A stretch of DNA of 13,466 bases from assembly GCA_016926735.1 (NCBI GenBank), contig JAFGOA010000029.1, positions 1-13,466 of the forward strand, in the 5' to 3' direction. This document shows positions 8,324 through 13,466 of the stretch, in pieces (position 1 is the stretch's first letter; each line of letters begins with the position of its first letter). This stretch comes from Promethearchaeota archaeon. GTDB lineage: Archaea; Asgardarchaeota; Lokiarchaeia; Sigyniarchaeales; SOKP01. A program made the translations under genes and the position numbers. Below the pieces are notes generated by a model. It was not told the DNA's origin. It worked only from the letters and a program-made list of their open reading frames with translations, and did not search any database.

Positions 8324-9052
8324 TTAGTGAAATAATTCATCTGAAATTCTTTTTAATTGGTACTCTTTTACTTGTAATTCTAATAATCCTAATACTTTCT
8401 TAAATTCACTAGACATATCTTGAATATTTACTTCTGCAATTCCTTCAATTTCATCTCTTTTAATTTTAAATTGTTCGAGATTTTCTTGAATGCGTCCATA
8501 TGATTGACTAATTTCTAAGACTAATTCCTCAGTATTTTTTTTTGTAATTTTTCTCATTTTTCTTAAGATTGAAAGAAGTGTAGAAATGGAATTTTCCCAA
8601 CGATTATATCTTTCGCCATATCCTTCGAAAGTTTGTGTAAAAAATTCACATAATTTATCATAAAGATCACTTTCTTTATTTTCTTTTTCTTTAATATCTC
8701 CTAATTGAGCAGATTCTGATACTTGCGTATTGCTTTGAATTATTTTTTCATTTTTAATAAGTTCTTCTTTAACTAATTTTTTTCTCTCTTTAATTCTTTC
8801 TCTTTGAGCAAGAGGTACTTCCTCAAGAGCATATTCTTCTGCAATTTCTTTAGCTTTTAATTTATCATAAGAAAGATGAGGTTCTATTTTATTTTCATCT
8901 TTATCTTTTCGTTGATAAGTTCCTTTACCTGTTGATAAAGACCCTAATAGACTATGTAAATCATCTCCAGTTTTTTCAGTTGATTTTAATGCTTCTTCCA
9001 AAGAAGGTGATTTTTTTTCCTTTTTCTTCTTATCCTTTTTTTTTTTTGCCAT
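8324..9052 (-). CDS. Hypothetical protein: Lys-rich N-terminus, charged low-complexity middle, C-terminal helical/coiled-coil domain
   Basis: 242 aa starting MAKKKKDKKKKEKKSP. The C-terminal ~115 aa have amphipathic heptad character. Stops 42 bp upstream of the ARP start. Confidence 0.75.
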   Translation of the reverse strand: MAKKKKDKKKKEKKSPSLEEALKSTEKTGDDLHSLLGSLSTGKGTYQRKDKDENKIEPHLSYDKLKAKEIAEEYALEEVPLAQRERIKERKKLVKEELIKNEKIIQSNTQVSESAQLGDIKEKENKESDLYDKLCEFFTQTFEGYGERYNRWENSISTLLSILRKMRKITKKNTEELVLEISQSYGRIQENLEQFKIKRDEIEGIAEVNIQDMSSEFKKVLGLLELQVKEYQLKRISDELFH

Positions 9053-9200
9053 AGTCCTATTTCATTTTAGTTAGTTTTTAATATAATATCTGTTCTTCTA
9101 TATTATCTTTGTGAAATTAATATTTTTTTAATGTTTACAAAAAAAATTTGTTTTTTTATTCATTCTTAAAACAAATAAGAAATAGAATTTTAATAAAATT

Positions 9201-9611
9201 TTAAAGTGGGACTATATCTACTTTTAAAGCATCTCCCTCTTGAATTAACCTCTCTCTAAGTTCATTAAGAGGAATATTTGGAGTAGGACTTATAACCGTC
9301 CATAAAGCTGTTTTATCTTTCTCTAAAATTGCGGATTCTCCATACATTAAGGATATTCCCAGACTTCCAAATGTTTCAGCAATTTTCGCTAATGATCCGG
9401 GTGAATCTGCCATCGTTATCTTTAATTTAATTGGTTGTTGATCTTTATCTAATCCTGCAGGAGTAATCTTAATTTCTTTAGTCTCTGTGTCTGCTACCAT
9501 CATTAATTGAGTATCTAATGTTATTCCAAAACTTTTTCGAATAACGAGTGGTAATACTAATCTCCCTCGATCATCAATCGATATAATCCTTACTTCTTTC
9601 ATGATTATCAA
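9201..9611 (-). CDS. AbrB/MazE/SpoVT-family DNA-binding domain fused to an ACT domain (small-molecule-sensing transcription regulator)
   Basis: SIDDRGRLVLPLVIRKSFGI is the AbrB swapped-hairpin signature; KITMADSPGSLAKIAETFGSLGISL is the ACT signature. The ORF starts at TTG 9611; the ATG at 9602 is a likely true start. Confidence 0.88.
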   Translation of the reverse strand: MIIMKEVRIISIDDRGRLVLPLVIRKSFGITLDTQLMMVADTETKEIKITPAGLDKDQQPIKLKITMADSPGSLAKIAETFGSLGISLMYGESAILEKDKTALWTVISPTPNIPLNELRERLIQEGDALKVDIVPL

Positions 9612-9911
9612 ATAAATATATTAGAATTTTATAATATTAAATAGGATTGTCTATTTAAATATTTTATACTTCATTAGTTTGTTAATTATTGAAATAATTC
9701 TTCCTATTATTGTTGTTTTAAAAATAAAAATAATTAAAGAGGTTGATGGGGAAAATTAATTATAATATAGTTTAAATTAGAACATAATCAAAAATTTATT
9801 TTCTAAAATTTTAATTTGTTATTCTGATGATAGTTTAATTTAGCAATTCTCAGGAAAATATGTAAAGAAAATGAAAGATAAGAAATAAGTGATAAATTAA
9901 ATAAAATAGAT

Positions 9912-11903
9912 TTATTGAACATTTGATTTTAATTTAATTGAGAGATCTCGTGCTCTTTTAGAGTACCATATTAATAATTCCCCTGCATCTTCTGGTTTAA
10001 AGTATTCTCCACCACACAAAGAAGCAGCTCTAGACATTAATTCATCATCAGGGTTACCAAGTCCAACAATGTATATAATCACATTATTCATAGTTGAAAA
10101 TTGCTGTATCGCATTGAAAAATGCATCTCCATCAGTTGGAACTCCGTCCGTTAGCATAACAATCATTGTAGGTTGATTTGGGTTTATTTTGTTAAATTCA
10201 TTAAGGATATTCATTGATTTAACCATAGCATCACCCATATTTGTAGCTTGACCATAACTATTTCCTATACGATCAACAATCATCCTAGCAGATTCCTCAA
10301 GCACTCCTTTCTTTCCACTAGCAGAATCCATATAATAACTATTACCAAAAGGTAAAATCTGAGCTTCATCAGCAAACCGAATTACAGAAACTTTTTCACC
10401 GAAACCTCTACCCACCTTTTCGCTTAGAAATAAAACAGCTGCAAATGCTGCTGATATGCGTCTAGGTATGTTAATACCATCTTTAAAATTTTTTAAGAAC
10501 TCTTGAATTTCTCTTGATTCCATTGCTGCTTTTATTCCTTCAATAGCAGGTGCAATATTAGTAACATAAACGTCCCTTGCCATCATCGAACGACTTATGT
10601 CTATGATTAATATAGCATTAAAAGGGATTAATCCCATAGGGCTTAATGTAAGAGTTGTATTTTCTGTAATACAAGCTAATATATCACCTGATAAATCTGG
10701 AACGCAATTTAAAAAGGAGCAAGCTAAATTTACAACATTCCATCTTAATTTAATACCTTTAAATATAATATAATTTGAAAGCCATTGTTTTAGTTGGATA
10801 ATATTTTGTCGCGCTGTTGATATAAGTTCCCACATATTTTCACCAGCTACAGGAGATATACCTAAAGAAACACTTTGTAATGGAATTATTTGTCTTTGGT
10901 TCTTGTAGACTTTTACTTCATAACTTCCAATACCAGAGGCCTCTAAAATCTCACTATCAATAACAATTGTATTATCAGGAGCGGCTTCTGAAATTTGTAT
11001 TTTACCTGCACCAATAGCACCTGTAAGTTGATCTTCAAAAGCAACAATATCATTATTCTGAAGTGAGAGAGTATATTGAACTCTTGGATTAACTAAACAA
11101 AAGCCTTGAAGATCTCCTCTAGAATCAACTTGAAGCATAATTTGTTCTGCTTTTTTAATAGGAGGTTCCGTAGAATATATAACGATTTGTTCAGATTGGA
11201 TATTGGTATCTTCTTTTGTATCTTTACTCATTCTTATTTCTATATCGCTTATACTAGCCTCATCTATTCTCGCTGAACCTGTTGCTCTTGTTAGAGGGTC
11301 TTCCCAAACAATTAACATTCCTTGTCCAAGTCCTAGTTTTCTTAGATTACTTGAACTAATTTGTACTCTACCTCCCGCAATCGAAGGAGAAACAATAGGT
11401 TTTACTTTAATTCCATTTTTTTGTTTTTTTAGAACATCAACATTAATTTGATTTGAGTATGTCTGAGGTTGAGGAGCTTGAGGGCCTAGAGGTCGCTGAA
11501 AACTAGACGGAGCAGATTGATAAGGCATACTAGGTGGTGGGGGTGGTGCATATCCTTGTGTTGGAGGCGCAGGGTAAGAATGTACTGGAGGGGATGGAGC
11601 TTGGAACTGTTGAGGCTGTTGAAATTGTTGTGGTTGTTGATATTGTTGAGTACCTTTCCTTAGAATAAGTTCTACACCACTATATTCTAGATTACGTATT
11701 ATATCTCCTGAAAATTTCCCAGCAAAATCTAGTACTTGGCTAGATATTTCAACAGAAGCAAATACTGTTTTATAATTATCTGGATTAAATATTTCTACTT
11801 GCTCTCCATTAGCTACTCCTAATATCTGAGCATTTCCTGGAGATATAATTACTTTATTTGTAATATCATTATTTTGATCAACAAATATTTTTATCTCTGG
11901 CAT
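9912..11903 (-). CDS. Multidomain protein: 3 x double-psi beta-barrel (CDC48/p97 N-like), Pro/Gln-rich linker, CDC48_2-like subdomain, C-terminal vWA domain
   Basis: 663 aa. vWA MIDAS intact: IIDISRSM (D435-x-S-x-S), GQATNMGDAM, MLTDGVPT, then IYIVGLG and GGEYF. Three repeats VIISPGNAQILGVANGEQVEI / VQISSSNLRKLGLGQGMLIVW / CLVNPRVQYTLSLQNNDIVAF match the DPBB pattern. Confidence 0.8.
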   Translation of the reverse strand: MPEIKIFVDQNNDITNKVIISPGNAQILGVANGEQVEIFNPDNYKTVFASVEISSQVLDFAGKFSGDIIRNLEYSGVELILRKGTQQYQQPQQFQQPQQFQAPSPPVHSYPAPPTQGYAPPPPPSMPYQSAPSSFQRPLGPQAPQPQTYSNQINVDVLKKQKNGIKVKPIVSPSIAGGRVQISSSNLRKLGLGQGMLIVWEDPLTRATGSARIDEASISDIEIRMSKDTKEDTNIQSEQIVIYSTEPPIKKAEQIMLQVDSRGDLQGFCLVNPRVQYTLSLQNNDIVAFEDQLTGAIGAGKIQISEAAPDNTIVIDSEILEASGIGSYEVKVYKNQRQIIPLQSVSLGISPVAGENMWELISTARQNIIQLKQWLSNYIIFKGIKLRWNVVNLACSFLNCVPDLSGDILACITENTTLTLSPMGLIPFNAILIIDISRSMMARDVYVTNIAPAIEGIKAAMESREIQEFLKNFKDGINIPRRISAAFAAVLFLSEKVGRGFGEKVSVIRFADEAQILPFGNSYYMDSASGKKGVLEESARMIVDRIGNSYGQATNMGDAMVKSMNILNEFNKINPNQPTMIVMLTDGVPTDGDAFFNAIQQFSTMNNVIIYIVGLGNPDDELMSRAASLCGGEYFKPEDAGELLIWYSKRARDLSIKLKSNVQ
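11601..11648 (-). repeat. Short imperfect 18-bp coding tandem repeat (QQ[Y/F]QQP, about 2.7 copies)
   Basis: Plus strand ttggaactgttgaggctgttgaaattgttgtggttgttgatattgttg encodes QQYQQPQQFQQPQQFQ on the minus strand. Confidence 0.7.
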
Positions 11904-12036
11904 TTTTTAAAACTGATTTTTAGTTTATTAAATAATATAAAATAAGTATGCATTATTGTATTAATAAATTTGGAGAATTAAAGAATATATAATTATTTTT
12001 CCGAAATACTTAATATTTAAAGCTTATAAAATAACA

Positions 12037-12426
12037 TTATGCTTTTGGATATCTTTTCTTAATTTCTCCTGCATAATATCTAAAAACAGAGACTACTTTT
12101 CCTAAATCACCAATCTTTCTAGAACCACCCATTAAGAAAAATCTTCCAGCATCTGATAAAATAATAAATGCATCTTTCCCACGAAGGATAACTTCTAACA
12201 TATTTTTATATCCTAAAGTCGTTATGGCATCAGTACCTGCTTGTAATGCTACAGCACTAAGACTTGAAAAAAGATCTGGATCTACTTCATAACCAGGAAC
12301 AGAAGAAAATGCTAATCTTAATCCTTCGCGAGTAATTAGTGCTAATGCTTCTAATTCTGAATGTTCAGTTATGTTTCCTAAAAATTTTGATAAGTTTTCA
12401 GCTTCTTCAACAGTTAAGTCAGACAT
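12037..12426 (-). CDS. Roadblock/LC7 (MglB/LAMTOR-like) domain protein
   Basis: 129 aa with the Roadblock pattern LEALALITREGLRLAFS...DPDLFSSLSAVALQAG...LEVILRGKDAFIILSDAG...DLGKV. Confidence 0.9.
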   Translation of the reverse strand: MSDLTVEEAENLSKFLGNITEHSELEALALITREGLRLAFSSVPGYEVDPDLFSSLSAVALQAGTDAITTLGYKNMLEVILRGKDAFIILSDAGRFFLMGGSRKIGDLGKVVSVFRYYAGEIKKRYPKA

Positions 12427-12541
12427 TTTAAAATTAAGATGATTAATGAATTATTATATTATTATTAAGAAATTGGAATTTAAAAATTTAGTTGGTTTTA
12501 AGGAAATATAGATCAAAAGAAAGTCATAAAAGATTTTTTTT

Positions 12542-13378
12542 TTATGATTTTGATTCTAATTGTTTTTTAATTTGATCTTGAAGTACATTCTTTTTCTTAG
12601 CGAGTGTTTTGGGATTCCCACTATCTTTCTGTTTCAAAAATTCGATAGCTACAATTTTACCATTTTCAGAAAGGATTCTTGGAGAATAATCTTCAGCAAA
12701 AAATATTCCTTCAGGAATTGAACCTACTTTTTCAATTACCTTTTCACTTTGTTTTTTTCCTAAAAATGATTGGACTTTTTCAACAACAGAATATGCATAA
12801 CTACCAATAATTATTAATTCTCTTTCATATCCTTCTGGTATTTTAATTTCCTCTAATTTTCGCATAATTTGTTCAAAATTTACTTGAGATTGATCTGATG
12901 TATATTGAGCCATCGAATTAGCACCAGTATAAAGAGGTCCAGTATTTTGAGCTCTGTCTCTACTACCAGCAATATTCATACCACTCGCGGGGCTAGGAGG
13001 TGAAAATATTGGTTTATCTCTAAGTGGGTGACCCCCACTGCCACCACCGCTACCACCCAAGTCCTCCGCTTTAATCTCTTTGGCAATTCCATCGGTAGTA
13101 GGCCCTCCAACAAGATCTATAAATTCTTGCTCTTCTTCTCCTTGATCCTGAGGAACAACAACATAGTGCATACCTACTTGACCTCTAAAGTCTTGACTTC
13201 GTTTAGCGCCTATAAATTTCTTTCTTACACTGCTTTTTTGTCCTTTCCACAGATATACTTTTCTTACATCATCAGCAATGAGAACATAACATTCATCATC
13301 CTTGAGAATATCTTTAATATTCCCTTCAGATTGTACTTGATCAGTTGTACCATCATTATTTATACGGAAAACTTGCAT
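12542..13378 (-). CDS. Single gelsolin-domain protein with Gly/Pro linker and additional C-terminal domain (Asgard 1DGelX-like)
   Basis: 278 aa. Residues ~1-92 fit a gelsolin repeat: LKDDECYVL...VYLWKGQKSS...QDQGEEEQEFIDLVGG. Linker GGSGGGSGGHP...SPPSP. Globular alpha/beta region at ~165-250. Confidence 0.85.
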   Translation of the reverse strand: MQVFRINNDGTTDQVQSEGNIKDILKDDECYVLIADDVRKVYLWKGQKSSVRKKFIGAKRSQDFRGQVGMHYVVVPQDQGEEEQEFIDLVGGPTTDGIAKEIKAEDLGGSGGGSGGHPLRDKPIFSPPSPASGMNIAGSRDRAQNTGPLYTGANSMAQYTSDQSQVNFEQIMRKLEEIKIPEGYERELIIIGSYAYSVVEKVQSFLGKKQSEKVIEKVGSIPEGIFFAEDYSPRILSENGKIVAIEFLKQKDSGNPKTLAKKKNVLQDQIKKQLESKS

Positions 13379-13428
13379 TTGAGAACACTCGTTATTTTTT
13401 TTTTTTTTCTTTTATTTTAATATAATAA

Positions 13429-13436
13429 TATATAAA
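13429..13436 (-). promoter_or_regulatory. Candidate archaeal TATA box for the gelsolin gene
   Basis: Minus strand TTTATATA, 51-58 nt upstream of the ATG at 13378, matches TTTAWATA. There is no convincing BRE and the region is very AT-rich, so a chance match is plausible. Confidence 0.3.
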
Positions 13437-13466
13437 CGATTAAAATATAAAATTTGATGTTACAAA

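Noticed and set aside
9036-9047. A12 run at the start of the 242-aa gene as a programmed frameshift or phase-variation site
   Set aside because: It is explained by Lys codons in the poly-Lys N-terminus; the frame is intact and no alternative-frame ORF is evident.
11203-11451. 82-aa plus-strand ORF with hydrophobic appearance
   Set aside because: Antisense to the vWA gene; the hydrophobicity is the expected mirror of charged codons on the opposite strand.
9912-13378. Split Sec23/Sec24 (Pro/Gln region + vWA trunk + gelsolin domain)
   Set aside because: There is no CxxC zinc finger, beta-sandwich or helical domain of Sec23/24. The vWA has a canonical MIDAS and is preceded by DPBB-like repeats, so the resemblance is only in parts.
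13028-13420. 130-aa plus-strand ORF
   Set aside because: Antisense to the gelsolin domain; the poly-Phe end is just the T14 tract.
1-13466. tRNA, rRNA, CRISPR array or transposase
   Set aside because: Intergenic gaps are at most 300 bp and very AT-rich, with no GC-rich structured segments, regularly spaced repeats or transposase/integrase motifs seen.

Overview
AT-rich window with ten co-directional minus-strand genes. The content (gelsolin-domain protein, Roadblock/LC7, actin-related protein) points to an Asgard archaeon, probably Lokiarchaeia-like; this is inferred from gene content only. In transcription order (high to low coordinates) the genes are: (1) a single-gelsolin-domain protein with an extra C-terminal domain (1DGelX-like); (2) Roadblock/LC7; (3) a protein with three double-psi beta-barrel repeats, a Pro/Gln linker, a CDC48/p97-type Nc subdomain and a vWA domain with an intact MIDAS; (4) an AbrB-ACT regulator; (5-7) a tightly linked trio of a Lys-rich coiled-coil protein, a divergent actin-related protein (ARP) and a large alpha-helical protein with a CHAT (caspase-like) domain; (8) a coiled-coil plus PLD-fold protein; (9) an N6-adenine DNA methyltransferase; (10) a two-TM helical membrane protein. 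The most striking pattern is that three consecutive genes (ARP, CHAT, PLD fold) each appear to have lost canonical catalytic residues while keeping full-length reading frames. This suggests a pseudoenzyme scaffold complex next to a cytoskeleton or membrane-trafficking-like module. All family assignments are by-eye motif comparisons; no searches were run.
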